DNA of 64,000 bases from Limnochordia bacterium (GTDB taxonomy: Bacteria; Bacillota; Limnochordia; DTU080). A program made the position numbers and the translations under genes. The stretch covers positions 128,001 through 192,000 of the forward strand of contig JBMNJG010000003.1 of assembly GCA_050951545.1 (NCBI GenBank). Direction: 5' to 3'. How positions within the stretch are numbered: position 1 is the first letter of the stretch; each line of letters opens with the position of its first letter. Shown here one piece after another: positions 46,495 through 56,693 of the stretch. The notes below the pieces were generated by a model. It saw only the letters and a list, made by a program, of their open reading frames with translations, did no database searches and had not been told where the DNA came from.

Positions 46495-47365
46495 GCTCGT
46501 CCCTCCAAACGTGTGGATTGCGGAGATGGATCCCGAGCACATCGTAGAACGTACGCCCGTTAAAGTGAATGAGCTTAGTGACGGCCTCCGCACGCCGGAC
46601 AAGGATGTCATCGCCAACCATCAATCTGGTCCCGGCCTGCCCATCAACACTCAGCAGCAGCTCATCATCGTGGCCAAGTGTCTCAGCCCTAACGCGAATT
46701 TCGTCTTCACCTCGCACCACGACGGCTCTGGCCCCCAGTGAGTGAGGGCAGATCGGCGTAACAACCATACCGTCAACAGCAGGATGCACTACGGGGCCTC
46801 CCGCCGATAGCGAATACGCGGTAGAGCCTGTTGGCGTCGCCACAATCAGCCCGTCGCCCACAAACCTACCCAAGGTCGACTTGCCTACCGAGGCCTCGAG
46901 GCTGATCATGCGAGCAAACGTACCCCGAGCGATGACAATGTCATTGAGGCCCCGGTGCGTGGAGTGGCATTTCCCTCCGCGCCATACACAGGCTTCAACC
47001 ATCATCCGCTCTTCGACCGCGAAGTCGCCTATCAGCAGCCGTTGAACGGCTTCATCGAGTTCATCTGGCTCAATAGCTGCCAAGAACCCCATCCGCCCAA
47101 GATTCACAGCTAAGATGGGGATATCCAGTCCGTATAACAATCTGGACACCATCAGCAATGCGCCGTCGCCGCCCAGTACAATCGCCGCCTCGGCACTGTG
47201 GAGCGCCTCAACATCACAACGTACATGTGGCAGCGGCAGAACAGCTGCCGCCTCGAAACTTGTGCAGACAACAACTCCAGCATCAAGAAGACGCGGCACC
47301 AAAGAACGAGCCAGGTCAACCGCTTTGGGTTTGCCAGTGTGAGGCAGCAACGCTATGGTGCGCAT
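46451..47365 (-). CDS. nadK: NAD+ kinase
   Basis: LGGDG, NLGRMGFL, LND, DGLIVATPTGSTAYSLSAGGP. Confidence 0.95.
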   Translation of the reverse strand: MRTIALLPHTGKPKAVDLARSLVPRLLDAGVVVCTSFEAAAVLPLPHVRCDVEALHSAEAAIVLGGDGALLMVSRLLYGLDIPILAVNLGRMGFLAAIEPDELDEAVQRLLIGDFAVEERMMVEACVWRGGKCHSTHRGLNDIVIARGTFARMISLEASVGKSTLGRFVGDGLIVATPTGSTAYSLSAGGPVVHPAVDGMVVTPICPHSLGARAVVVRGEDEIRVRAETLGHDDELLLSVDGQAGTRLMVGDDILVRRAEAVTKLIHFNGRTFYDVLGIHLRNPHVWRDEREDTAPRGYPQDHC

Positions 47366-47412
47366 GCGCGATTTCCTCCGAAAGAAGCTTGCGACGTTGA
47401 ACGGGAGTTAGT

Positions 47413-48231
47413 TCAAGGCTCGCGCGAACTCAGCTCCTGTTGGGCCTGTTCCACAATGGCCCACAACTGGCCTTTTACACTCTGTCCCACAGTAGACTGA
47501 GGAGCCATCGACATGTGCATGAGAAACTCAGTGTTTCCTTTGGGTCCCTTGATAGGTGAATGGGTGATAGCACAGACGGCAAGTTCCAGAGAGTCGGCGA
47601 AGGTAACCACGTCCTCCAACACCCGCACATGCACACGAGGATCACGAACAACGCCTCGCCTACCGACGAATTCCCGCTCTGCTTCAAATTGAGGTTTCAC
47701 CAGGGCCACGATATCTCCTTTTGGCACCAGAAGGCGAACCACGGCTGGCAAGACCTTGCTGAGCGAGATGAAGGCCACGTCAATCGTGGCTATCCCAACG
47801 GCTGGCATCTGGCTGGGCTCAAGTGAGCGGATGTTGGTCCGTTCAAGCACGGTCACCCGAGGATCATTCCGCAACTGCCAGTCCAGCAGCCCGTAGCCCA
47901 CATCCACGGCCCAGACGTGACGCGCTCCGTGCTGAAGCAAGCAGTCCGTAAAGCCTCCTGTAGACGCCCCGACATCCACGGCATCGCGGCCCTCAACTGC
48001 CACTTGAAAGACTCGTAGCGCCTTCTCCAGCTTCAGCCCGCCGCGCGAGACGTAACGCGGGGTCTGCGGCCGCAGCTCGATTTCGGCGGTGCTAGCCACG
48101 CTCGCGCCCGCCTTGGATTCTAGGCGGCCATCTACGTAGACCTCACCGGCCATTATCGAACGGCGAGCCTGCTCGCGGCTAGCAAACAGACCACACTGTA
48201 CCATAAAGGCGTCCAGCCGCACCCTTTTCAC
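47413..48231 (-). CDS. tlyA: TlyA RNA methyltransferase
   Basis: S4 domain, YVSRGGLKL, DVGASTGGFTD, KPQFE, GNTEFL. Confidence 0.95.
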   Translation of the reverse strand: MKRVRLDAFMVQCGLFASREQARRSIMAGEVYVDGRLESKAGASVASTAEIELRPQTPRYVSRGGLKLEKALRVFQVAVEGRDAVDVGASTGGFTDCLLQHGARHVWAVDVGYGLLDWQLRNDPRVTVLERTNIRSLEPSQMPAVGIATIDVAFISLSKVLPAVVRLLVPKGDIVALVKPQFEAEREFVGRRGVVRDPRVHVRVLEDVVTFADSLELAVCAITHSPIKGPKGNTEFLMHMSMAPQSTVGQSVKGQLWAIVEQAQQELSSREP

Positions 48232-50126
48232 TGGACCACCGCCGACCCCTTCCACACCTCACTGCCTCTGAGAAGCTGCTCCGCAGCAGAGGCAATATCT
48301 GACGGCCTGAGACGTACCAACTCTAGCAGCCTCTCTGTAGGTCCGTGCTCAACAAAGACATCTGGTATGCCCAAGCAGCGTACGGGAGTCACCCGCCCAT
48401 GCTTCACCAAAGTCTCGAGCACGGCGGAACCAAAGCCACCGATCAGTGCATTCTCCTCCACCGTCACCAGACAACCGCACGCCTGCGCGAGCGAAAGAAC
48501 CAGCCCTTCATCGATAGGCTTCACGAAACGAGCGTCTACCACAGCCGCCATCACGCCCCGAGAGGCAAGCAGCTCGGCCGCTTGAAGCGAAGCATCGACC
48601 ATGGAACCCACAGCCAGAATGCCTACCTGCTCTCCCATGCGCAACAGCCTACCCTGGCCAATGGGTAATGCACTCGGCTGATGGTCGGCTGGGACATCGG
48701 TCGTGCCCCGTGGGTAGCGAATCGCGCACGGTCCAGAATGAGACAATGCCGTATAGAGCATATCGCGCAACTCTTGACCACTACTAGGTGCCATAATCAA
48801 CAAGTTGGGAATGGAGCGCAGAAATGACAAGTCGTAAGCCCCATGATGCGTGGGTCCGTCATCCCCCACGAGGCCACCTCGATCAAGACATAAGACCACG
48901 GGCAGATTCTGCATGCACACGTCATGAACGATCTGATCGTACGATCGCTGCATGAAAGTCGAGTAGACGGCGCACACTGGCCGCAGCCCTCCTGCGGCCA
49001 TGCCTGCAGCCACAGTAACCGCATGCTGCTCGGCAATGCCTACATCAAAGAACTGATCGGGCAGTTCTGCAGCAAATCTGTCTAGACCCGTTCCCTCGGG
49101 CATCGCCGCCGTAATGGCCACAATTCGCCTGTCTTTGCAGGCCAACTCTAGCAGCATTTCCCCAAATACATCAGAAAACGTAGGAGCAACACTTGACCGA
49201 TGACAGCTGTTGGCTGGCTTGAGAGCGTGTAACCGCCCTGGATCATTCTCAGCGGGAGCATAGCCCTTTCCTTTCTCAGTAATCGCGTGAATCAAGACTG
49301 GTCCGCCTCGGCCGATGGCCTCGCGCAACACTCGCTGCACCATGCCGATATCATGGCCGTCAATGGGCCCGTAGTAGGTGAAACCCAACTCCTCAAACAG
49401 AGCACCCGGAACGACCAGCGAGCGTACCGTGTCTTTGAACTTTTCCGCGGCCTTCCATACCTGACCGCCAATAGCGGGTATGCGACTGATCAGACGCTCG
49501 AGGTCCTCTCTGGCACGATGCAGCGTAGGATCCGTCCGCAACTGAGTCAGGTAGTTGGACAGCGCTCCTACATTGGGAGCGATGGACATCTCATTGTCGT
49601 TCAGCACAACCACAAGGTCCGTCTCTAGCTCACCAGCATGATTCATTGCTTCAAAGCTCATACCCGCCGTAAGCGCCCCATCACCTGTAATGGTGACCAC
49701 CTTGTACTTCTCTCCCAAAACGTCCCGGGCCAAGCAATACCCTAGCGCTGCTGAAATGGAGGTGCCAGCGTGCCCTGTGCCAAAAGCATCGTGAGGGCTT
49801 TCTGACATACGAGGAAAACCGCTAAGCCCGTGCAACTGACGCAGGGTGGCAAATTGTAGACGCCGTCCCGTGACCAACTTGTGTGGATAGGCCTGGTGTC
49901 CCACGTCAAAAATCAGCTTATCGACCGGGCTGCTGATCACCGAATGAACGGCGAGAATGATCTCCACCGCACCCAAGTTGGCGCCCAGATGGCCCCCCGT
50001 CTGCTTGACGGTATTCACGATCTCCTCACGTATCTCAGCAGCCAGATCGCGAAGGCCATCAACGCTCAGTCGGTGCAGATCCGCTGGCGAGTCTATGCTA
50101 TCAAGAATGCGAACCACCTGGGTCAT
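48228..50126 (-). CDS. dxs: 1-deoxy-D-xylulose-5-phosphate synthase
   Basis: GGHLGANLG, DVGHQAYPHK, GDGALTAG, DVGIAEQHA, DGPTHHG. Confidence 0.97.
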   Translation of the reverse strand: MTQVVRILDSIDSPADLHRLSVDGLRDLAAEIREEIVNTVKQTGGHLGANLGAVEIILAVHSVISSPVDKLIFDVGHQAYPHKLVTGRRLQFATLRQLHGLSGFPRMSESPHDAFGTGHAGTSISAALGYCLARDVLGEKYKVVTITGDGALTAGMSFEAMNHAGELETDLVVVLNDNEMSIAPNVGALSNYLTQLRTDPTLHRAREDLERLISRIPAIGGQVWKAAEKFKDTVRSLVVPGALFEELGFTYYGPIDGHDIGMVQRVLREAIGRGGPVLIHAITEKGKGYAPAENDPGRLHALKPANSCHRSSVAPTFSDVFGEMLLELACKDRRIVAITAAMPEGTGLDRFAAELPDQFFDVGIAEQHAVTVAAGMAAGGLRPVCAVYSTFMQRSYDQIVHDVCMQNLPVVLCLDRGGLVGDDGPTHHGAYDLSFLRSIPNLLIMAPSSGQELRDMLYTALSHSGPCAIRYPRGTTDVPADHQPSALPIGQGRLLRMGEQVGILAVGSMVDASLQAAELLASRGVMAAVVDARFVKPIDEGLVLSLAQACGCLVTVEENALIGGFGSAVLETLVKHGRVTPVRCLGIPDVFVEHGPTERLLELVRLRPSDIASAAEQLLRGSEVWKGSAVVQ

Positions 50127-50198
50127 CACCTCTTCTCTCGCGAAGGGTTTCGTCGGAGACCAAGACACATAAAATGATCGCTGGCGCCAAGAGCTTAC

Positions 50199-51107
50199 CT
50201 AGTGTTCCCTGACCACAGCAAAGGCTGCTAAGTCTACAAGGCCCTCGGCAGCCTGCCCAAATACTCTGACGCTTTCCTGGGCTGCCTCTACTGCCTCTTG
50301 AGCCATCGCTCGCGATCTGTCTAGCCCATAGAGACGAGGATAGGTCAGCTTCTGCTGCCGCTGATCGCTACCTACAGCCTTGCCCAGTCGCTCTGAATCG
50401 CCAACGACGTCGAGCAGGTCATCCACAATCTGAAAGGCCAGACCAAAGTGTTCCGCGTAACGCTCTACCACCACCAAGTCAGAGTCATCCAAGCCTCCAA
50501 CCAGAGCGCCCGCCAAGAGGCTGCCGCGAAACAGTGCTCCCGTTTTTCGTTCATGGATGAAACGCAGAGTCTCGGCTGCCCTGCTATCTAACGGCGCTCC
50601 TTCGGCCTCTAGATCCGCGACTTGTCCCCCGATCAAGCCCACGGTGCTTGCAGCCCTGGCTACCTGAGCTATTACTCGAACGGTTACATCCGGCGCCAAC
50701 CCAATCAGCTCAGGCAAGCGAGAAAGAACAACGAATGCCTCCGTTAGCAGCGCATCACCAGCAAGAACCGCTAAGCCTTCACCGAACACCTTATGGTTGC
50801 TCAACCGACCGCGGCGATAGTCATCATCATCCATACAGGGCAAGTCGTCGTGAATCAGGGAGTAGGCGTGAATCATCTCGAGACTAGCAGCTACGGGAAG
50901 AGCGCGCCTGCGCGGCCCTCCTCGCAGGCCAGCAGCCTCCATAGCCAACATTGCTCGTAACCGCTTGCCTCCGCTACAGACGCTGTAGCGCATGGCCTTG
51001 TGAATGACACCCGGAGGCTCTGACTCCGGCGGTATGAGACGGGCAAGTTCCGCTTCGATCAAAGCGGCCGTCTTCCGCATGTAGGTCTCAAGATCGGAAA
51101 GCATCAC
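50199..51107 (-). CDS. ispA: Farnesyl/geranyl diphosphate synthase
   Basis: GGKRLR, SLIHDDLPCMDDDDYRRG, FQIVDDLLD. Confidence 0.95.
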   Translation of the reverse strand: MMLSDLETYMRKTAALIEAELARLIPPESEPPGVIHKAMRYSVCSGGKRLRAMLAMEAAGLRGGPRRRALPVAASLEMIHAYSLIHDDLPCMDDDDYRRGRLSNHKVFGEGLAVLAGDALLTEAFVVLSRLPELIGLAPDVTVRVIAQVARAASTVGLIGGQVADLEAEGAPLDSRAAETLRFIHERKTGALFRGSLLAGALVGGLDDSDLVVVERYAEHFGLAFQIVDDLLDVVGDSERLGKAVGSDQRQQKLTYPRLYGLDRSRAMAQEAVEAAQESVRVFGQAAEGLVDLAAFAVVREH

Positions 51108-51358
51108 TATGCAACTCCCGGCGGTGGATTCTCAAACTCTTGCACCTTTGGTTCCCCATTCTCGACGGCCACGAGCACCTGGATGCGCGCCTCAACCTGA
51201 TCAAGAAGCGAGGCACAGCGCCGACTGAGCGCCACGCCTTCCTCAAAGAGTCGGAGAGATTCATCTAGCTTGACTTCGCCAGTTTCGAGTTGGCGCACAA
51301 TAACCTCAAGACGGGCAAAGGCCTCCTCAAAACCCATCTCTTGGACTTGATCACTCAC
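51107..51358 (-). CDS. xseB: Exodeoxyribonuclease VII small subunit
   Basis: FEEAFARLEVIVRQLE, LDESLRLFEEG. Confidence 0.95.
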   Translation of the reverse strand: MSDQVQEMGFEEAFARLEVIVRQLETGEVKLDESLRLFEEGVALSRRCASLLDQVEARIQVLVAVENGEPKVQEFENPPPGVA

Positions 51359-51375
51359 CGCACACACCCCCTCAC

Positions 51376-52632
51376 TTAGATGGGCAGCAACTCCTGACCC
51401 GTTCTGGTAGCAGTGCTTTCCGCGCGACAGCCGAATGTACCGTCGCCAACTCGCACCACGAGCCGCGTGCCCGAACGCACCTGCGAAACGCTTCGCACCA
51501 CATCGCCTGTCTTAGCTAACTGGCATATAGAGTAACCTCGTCCTAGGGTGGCCAAGGGCGACAAACTGTCGAGTTTGGCCACTACTGTCTGCAGCCGTGC
51601 CTTCTCGCTGGAGAGTTTCTGCCCCAAGTTGGCCTCTGTTGCGCGGGCCAGTTCATCCACCTGCTGGCGCAGCTGATTTGTCCTATCTGAGGGACGCATC
51701 AGAGCGGGGCTGGCGCTCAGCAACCGCAATCGGTCTCGCCAACCACTGACCAGGCGCCGCAATGCCCCGGCCACGCGCAAGTAGCGCTCCTCGGTTTCCC
51801 GCAGAAGAGCGGCCCGCTCCGGTACCACGAGCTCGGCTGCGGCCGACGGAGTCGGTGCCCGACGATCGGCCACGAAATCTGCGATAGTAAAGTCGGTTTC
51901 ATGCCCGACAGCTGCCACGACGGGAATCGCTGACGCGGCTATGGCGCGAGCCACTATCTCGTCATTAAAGGTCCACAATTCCTCTAGCGAGCCCCCGCCT
52001 CGACCCACTATGAGCACGTCGGCTAGATTAGCCTTGTTCATCAGCTCGATGGCCGCAGCAACACTCGCTGGCCCGCCTTCACCCTGCACGAGGCAAGGCG
52101 CCAGCAGAATGCCTACACCTGGGTTACGCCGATGCAAGACGCTTATGATGTCTCGAATGGCCGCACCAGTGGGCGAGGTTATGACCCCTACAGTCCGCGG
52201 CAGGTAGGGCAATGCGCGCTTACGTTGCTCGCGAAAGAGCCCTTCTGCTTCCAGCTTCTTCTTGAGCTGCTCAAACGCAAGAAACAGAGCTCCCTGACCA
52301 GCAGGGTACATCTCTCGTGCATAGAGCTGGTAATCACCTGAAGCTTCATAGACGCCCGCAGAGCCTCGGACGATCACCGTCAATCCATCCTCCGGGCGAA
52401 AGCGCACTTGCGAGCTATGGCTGCGAAACATGACGCAGCGCAAGCGACTTTTGCTGTCCTTGAGCGTGAAGTACATGTGTCCTGACGAATGATGTTTGAA
52501 GTTGGATATTTCGCCTTTGACAAGGAGATCCCTTAGCGTTGGAGTCTCCTCTATGAGAGATTTGATTATGCGGGTAACCTCGGAGACAGTGAGGCACTCA
52601 GCCTCTTGCCATACCCTCCCGCCCTCGAGCAT
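51376..52632 (-). CDS. xseA: Exodeoxyribonuclease VII large subunit
   Basis: GEISNF, SGHMYFTLKD, TSPTGAAIRD, GRGGGSLEEL, TPSAAAE. Confidence 0.96.
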   Translation of the reverse strand: MLEGGRVWQEAECLTVSEVTRIIKSLIEETPTLRDLLVKGEISNFKHHSSGHMYFTLKDSKSRLRCVMFRSHSSQVRFRPEDGLTVIVRGSAGVYEASGDYQLYAREMYPAGQGALFLAFEQLKKKLEAEGLFREQRKRALPYLPRTVGVITSPTGAAIRDIISVLHRRNPGVGILLAPCLVQGEGGPASVAAAIELMNKANLADVLIVGRGGGSLEELWTFNDEIVARAIAASAIPVVAAVGHETDFTIADFVADRRAPTPSAAAELVVPERAALLRETEERYLRVAGALRRLVSGWRDRLRLLSASPALMRPSDRTNQLRQQVDELARATEANLGQKLSSEKARLQTVVAKLDSLSPLATLGRGYSICQLAKTGDVVRSVSQVRSGTRLVVRVGDGTFGCRAESTATRTGQELLPI

Positions 52633-52672
52633 GTCCCACCCACCCGTCTTGATTTGATCCCGCGCCTAAGAT

Positions 52673-53698
52673 TCAGTATAGCACATCGCTTGCTTGCATT
52701 CTTGGACCAGGAAGGCAGGCAATCGGCAGACAGCCTGCACAAGCTGCAGCCCAGGCTGCTAGCCCCACAGCATTGTCACTGCTCAGCTTGGGGGGAGCAA
52801 ACCAAAGCTGGCAGTCGGAAAGAAGCGGGCTTTTCTCTAGCGATTGCCGCAACAGACGATTGGCGACTACACCACCCGCCAATACTACATCAGGCGTGTG
52901 CGTAACCGCGACTACCGCCTTCAGCCACAGTTGCAGTGATTCTGCCAAGCAATCCAGCACCCCGCGGGCCACGTCGGCTGGCGGCTCGCCGCTGGCAATC
53001 GCTCGTTGCGCAGCACTTTCGGGACCCGAAAAAGAGAGTCTCTCACCCCGAACGCCAACTGGCAAGCGCACGCGGCCCGCTTGACCCTCTTGGGCCAAGC
53101 GTTCTAATGTTGGGCCCGCAGGAAACGGCAGGCCAAGGGCGTTGCCCACACGGTCCACAAACTGTCCAGCACTGATATCGCTAGTGGCTGCAGCGATATG
53201 GAGATCAAGGCAAGATTGGTGCTCTTGCCCAACCCCTTGCACTACCACAGCTTCGGTAGTGCCCCCAGACAAATGAACTGCCAGAATGCGAGTAGCCTTC
53301 AGAGCAGGCAGGGCCCACAGGGCCGCCCAGATGTGCCCTTCTTGATGCGAGGCCTCCCAGCATGGAATTCCCCGCGTAGCTGCAATAGCTCTGCCCACCC
53401 CGTGCCCGGCCAGAAAAACTGGCATGAAAGAGTCCTTTTGGGGGCGAGGAGCATAACTGACTGCAACACCAGACAAGGTCGCTTGGCGCGGCTCAAGGTC
53501 GACGAAGGCTTCCTCTACTACGCTCGGCAAGCAGCGTACATGCTGATACAATGCCTCTGCCTGCCGCAAACCTAGCGTCCCTGGCCGGACACGCAAGGGC
53601 ACTCTGATGTCGCGAAGAAGCTCTCCCCGCAAGCTCATGACGGCCACAGAACAGGTGTAGGCGCTTGTGTCGATACCGACGACCACCGTTTGCGTCAC
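52673..53698 (-). CDS. TsaD/Kae1-like paralog (O-sialoglycoprotein endopeptidase family)
   Basis: GIDTSAYTCS, SHQEGH, HLSGGTTE, AGQFVDRVG, GGVVAN, SDNAVG. Confidence 0.85.
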   Translation of the reverse strand: MTQTVVVGIDTSAYTCSVAVMSLRGELLRDIRVPLRVRPGTLGLRQAEALYQHVRCLPSVVEEAFVDLEPRQATLSGVAVSYAPRPQKDSFMPVFLAGHGVGRAIAATRGIPCWEASHQEGHIWAALWALPALKATRILAVHLSGGTTEAVVVQGVGQEHQSCLDLHIAAATSDISAGQFVDRVGNALGLPFPAGPTLERLAQEGQAGRVRLPVGVRGERLSFSGPESAAQRAIASGEPPADVARGVLDCLAESLQLWLKAVVAVTHTPDVVLAGGVVANRLLRQSLEKSPLLSDCQLWFAPPKLSSDNAVGLAAWAAACAGCLPIACLPGPRMQASDVLY

Positions 53699-54153
53699 TG
53701 CTTCACCGGGGATTCTGGCTCCTGACCTAGAGTACCGTCATCCGTTCTGTTCAATGCCGAAGCAACGCTTGCCAGAATGCCATTGATGTACCGCCCTGAG
53801 GTCGCATCACCATACATCTTCGCCAGCTCTACTGCCTCGCTAATGACAACTGCGACAGGGACTTGGTCGCGCAGGTGATCGAGTTCGAAAACCGCGAGTC
53901 GAAGAACCATCCGATCTGTAAGAGGAAGACGGTCTAAAGACCATCCGACGGTGTATTTACTGATCAGCGCGTCAATCTGAGGCAGGTGGTCTAGCGTCCC
54001 ATGCACCACTACCCGAGCATAGTCTGCCGCGGGTTCTGGTACTGCCAACTCTTGTATGTTATAGGCCAATGCCTCTTCGGGATGGCTACGTCCCACATCG
54101 ATCTGGAATAGTGCTCGAACAGCGGCCTCTCTGGCCAGTCTCCTGCTCAACAA
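53695..54153 (-). CDS. nusB: Transcription antitermination factor NusB
   Basis: SRRLAREAAVRALFQ, WSLDRL, EAVELAKMYG, YINGIL. Confidence 0.95.
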   Translation of the reverse strand: MLSRRLAREAAVRALFQIDVGRSHPEEALAYNIQELAVPEPAADYARVVVHGTLDHLPQIDALISKYTVGWSLDRLPLTDRMVLRLAVFELDHLRDQVPVAVVISEAVELAKMYGDATSGRYINGILASVASALNRTDDGTLGQEPESPVKQ

Positions 54154-54165
54154 GGCCCTCACCCC

Positions 54166-54372
54166 TCAGTTCCTACGCCGCCATACCGTGTTTTCACCGT
54201 CATCAATGCGCGCACCCACGCCCACACCTACAGCGACACAAGCTAGCACAAACAGGGTGCGCCATATGCCAAAGACGAGCACCATCCAGCCCAGAACCAC
54301 GCCCACAACAGCACCTATGATCTTGCCCCGATGACGAAGCAGTAGCTCTAGGAGTTGCCAGGGTTCTAGCAT
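54166..54372 (-). CDS. DUF2273 small membrane protein
   Basis: HRGKIIG..G.WRTLF..G..VG..ID; position amaP-DUF2273-nusB; GGAGG RBS. Confidence 0.85.
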   Translation of the reverse strand: MLEPWQLLELLLRHRGKIIGAVVGVVLGWMVLVFGIWRTLFVLACVAVGVGVGARIDDGENTVWRRRN

Positions 54373-54385
54373 CGACTGGGGCCTC

Positions 54386-54916
54386 CTATTCAACCCGTCG
54401 CACGTCGCCAGTGACGGCGGAAATCTCGACAGCAACGCTCCCCACTGCGACTCCAATCGTCTCCCGCACGTAGCGCTCCACAGTCTGCTGCACCTGTGTA
54501 GAGAGATCCGGGATGGTGACATCACCAGTCGCTACCAGCACTAGGTGCACATCCACCCCTTCAGAACCTAAGACGACGTTAACGTCTAGACTACGCACAC
54601 CGAGCAGCTGCTGCACGCTGCGACGAACCGCGTGTTCGATGGCCTGCAACGAAACCCGCACCAGGCCAAACTCAGTCTCGTGCACCACGGCACCTTCTGG
54701 GCGCTCTGGAGACACCCCGGCCAGGAGTCGCAAACCCGCTGCTAGTACCGCTATGGCGATGATGGCCGTCTCCCAGGGAACGGTACGCATGCGCTCGATA
54801 ACAACACCCAAAGAAGAGGTGGCTTCCCAACCCGAGGCAATAGCGATCAATACTGTGGCTAAGACAATACACAGCAGCGCCAGGACGGTGTTGATCACCC
54901 GGTCAAGCAGGGACAC
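54386..54916 (-). CDS. amaP: Alkaline shock response membrane anchor AmaP
   Basis: Two TMs, TEFGLVRVSLQAIE; follows asp23. Confidence 0.85.
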   Translation of the reverse strand: MSLLDRVINTVLALLCIVLATVLIAIASGWEATSSLGVVIERMRTVPWETAIIAIAVLAAGLRLLAGVSPERPEGAVVHETEFGLVRVSLQAIEHAVRRSVQQLLGVRSLDVNVVLGSEGVDVHLVLVATGDVTIPDLSTQVQQTVERYVRETIGVAVGSVAVEISAVTGDVRRVE

Positions 54917-54929
54917 AGTAGCACCACCT

Positions 54930-55319
54930 CTACCTCACTCGACTCTCCTCCGCACGCGGCTCTTCAGTGGGCAGATGGACTCCCTGAATGTGCACATTTA
55001 CCTCAACGACATTGAGGCCTGTCATCGTCTCGATGGCCCGCTTCACATTCTGCTGGATACTCCAAGACACATCCGGGATCCGCACCCCATACTCTACGAT
55101 CACATAAAGGTCAACCGCGGCCTGGTGTTCTCCTACCTCCACCTTGACGCCTTTGGTGAGGTTCTTTCGACCCAGCATCTCGGCAATGCCGCCTGCAATA
55201 CCACCGCTCATCCCAGCGACGCCATCGACTTCGGTCGCAGCTAGGCCAGCGATGACAGCTACCACTTCGTTCGCGATTCGTAACTCACCAAGTTCACTTC
55301 GCTCACGTTGATCGGGCAA
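54930..55319 (-). CDS. Asp23/Gls24 family protein (YqhY-like)
   Basis: IANEVVAVIAGLAATEVDGV, KNLTKGVKVE, MTGLNVVEVNVHI. Confidence 0.93.
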   Translation of the reverse strand: MPDQRERSELGELRIANEVVAVIAGLAATEVDGVAGMSGGIAGGIAEMLGRKNLTKGVKVEVGEHQAAVDLYVIVEYGVRIPDVSWSIQQNVKRAIETMTGLNVVEVNVHIQGVHLPTEEPRAEESRVR

Positions 55320-56670
55320 TGTCAGCACCCCCTACCATATGTTGCTCCAAGAAACCCGTGGACAGGTGCCCCTGTTTGAACGATTCGTTGCTTAGCAGAC
55401 GACGATGAAAAGGAATGGTAGTCGCCACACCCTCGATTGAGAACTCCTGCAGGGCAGCCAGCATACGAGCAATAGCTGCTTCGCGCGTGGCCCCGTGACA
55501 GATCAGCTTGGCTAGCAATGAGTCATAAAAAGGTGGCACGACGTAGCCCGCAAAAGCCCCACTATCCACGCGTACGCCAGGGCCACCTGGCGCATGGTAA
55601 AAGCTGATGGTCCCCGGTGAGGGCATGAAGCCCCTGTCGGGATCTTCGGCATTGATACGACATTCAATGGCGTGTCCTCGCGTAGATACGTCAGCTTGGC
55701 CAAACGAGAGCTCTTCGCCCGCTGCAACCAGGATCTGCTCCTTCACCAAGTCGAGACCTGTCACCATCTCCGTGACTGTGTGCTCGACTTGAATGCGTGT
55801 GTTCATTTCCATGAAGAAAAACTGACCGCTCCTATCGACAAGGTATTCGATTGTTCCCGCACCTACGTAATCGACATGACGTGCTCCGCGCACTGACGCC
55901 TCTCCCATGCGCCGCCGCAGATCAGCACTGAGCAAGGGTGCTGGGGCCTCCTCGAGGACCTTCTGGTGTCGGCGCTGCAGCGAGCATTCGCGCTCCCCTA
56001 AGTGTACCACATGACCATGACTATCAGCGAAAACCTGCACCTCAATATGACGCGGTTCATCAAGAAGCTTCTCGACATAGACGTCCGGGCGACCGAAGGA
56101 GGCCTCGGCCTCAGCGCGAGCAGGAGCCAGCACGCGGCACAGTTCAGCGCGGGTACGAGCCAGACGCATTCCTTTGCCGCCCCCACCCACCGCCGCCTTG
56201 ATCATCACAGGGTAGCCAATTTCGTCAGCTACTGCTACCGCCTGTGCTTCGTCGGTCACCACACCTTCACCACCAGGCACCACCGGAACACCAGCCTCAC
56301 GCATCGTTTGCTTGGCGCGCGCCTTGTCGCCCATGAGCTCTATTGTTGCGCTTGACGGACCGATAAACTTGATGCCATGGGTCTCGCAGATCTCCGCAAA
56401 CTGCCCTCTCTCAGACAGCATGCCATAACCCGGGTGAAGCGCATCGACCTCTGCTATCATAGCTGCACTAATGATGTTGGGGATGTTCAAGTATGAACGT
56501 GACATAGGGCCTGGACCCACACACACGGCCGCGTCAGCCAATCGCACATGGAGAGCATCTTGATCGGCTTCCGAGTAGATGGCGACCGTCTCTATTCCCA
56601 GCTCTTTGCAGGCCCGGATAATCCGTACGGCGATTTCACCGCGATTGGCCACGAGAACTCGTTCAAACAC
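55303..56670 (-). CDS. accC: Acetyl-CoA carboxylase, biotin carboxylase subunit
   Basis: ANRGEIA, HPGYG, GGGGKGM, ECSLQRRHQK, MNTRIQVEH. Confidence 0.96.
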   Translation of the reverse strand: MFERVLVANRGEIAVRIIRACKELGIETVAIYSEADQDALHVRLADAAVCVGPGPMSRSYLNIPNIISAAMIAEVDALHPGYGMLSERGQFAEICETHGIKFIGPSSATIELMGDKARAKQTMREAGVPVVPGGEGVVTDEAQAVAVADEIGYPVMIKAAVGGGGKGMRLARTRAELCRVLAPARAEAEASFGRPDVYVEKLLDEPRHIEVQVFADSHGHVVHLGERECSLQRRHQKVLEEAPAPLLSADLRRRMGEASVRGARHVDYVGAGTIEYLVDRSGQFFFMEMNTRIQVEHTVTEMVTGLDLVKEQILVAAGEELSFGQADVSTRGHAIECRINAEDPDRGFMPSPGTISFYHAPGGPGVRVDSGAFAGYVVPPFYDSLLAKLICHGATREAAIARMLAALQEFSIEGVATTIPFHRRLLSNESFKQGHLSTGFLEQHMVGGADIARST

Positions 56671-56693
56671 AGAGACGCCTCCTATAGTGCCGG

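Noticed and set aside
54513-55244. Long antisense ORFs (e.g. 54513-55244, 16091-16807, 19705-20343)
   Set aside because: They shadow well-supported genes on the opposite strand, as expected in GC-rich DNA, and show no protein motifs
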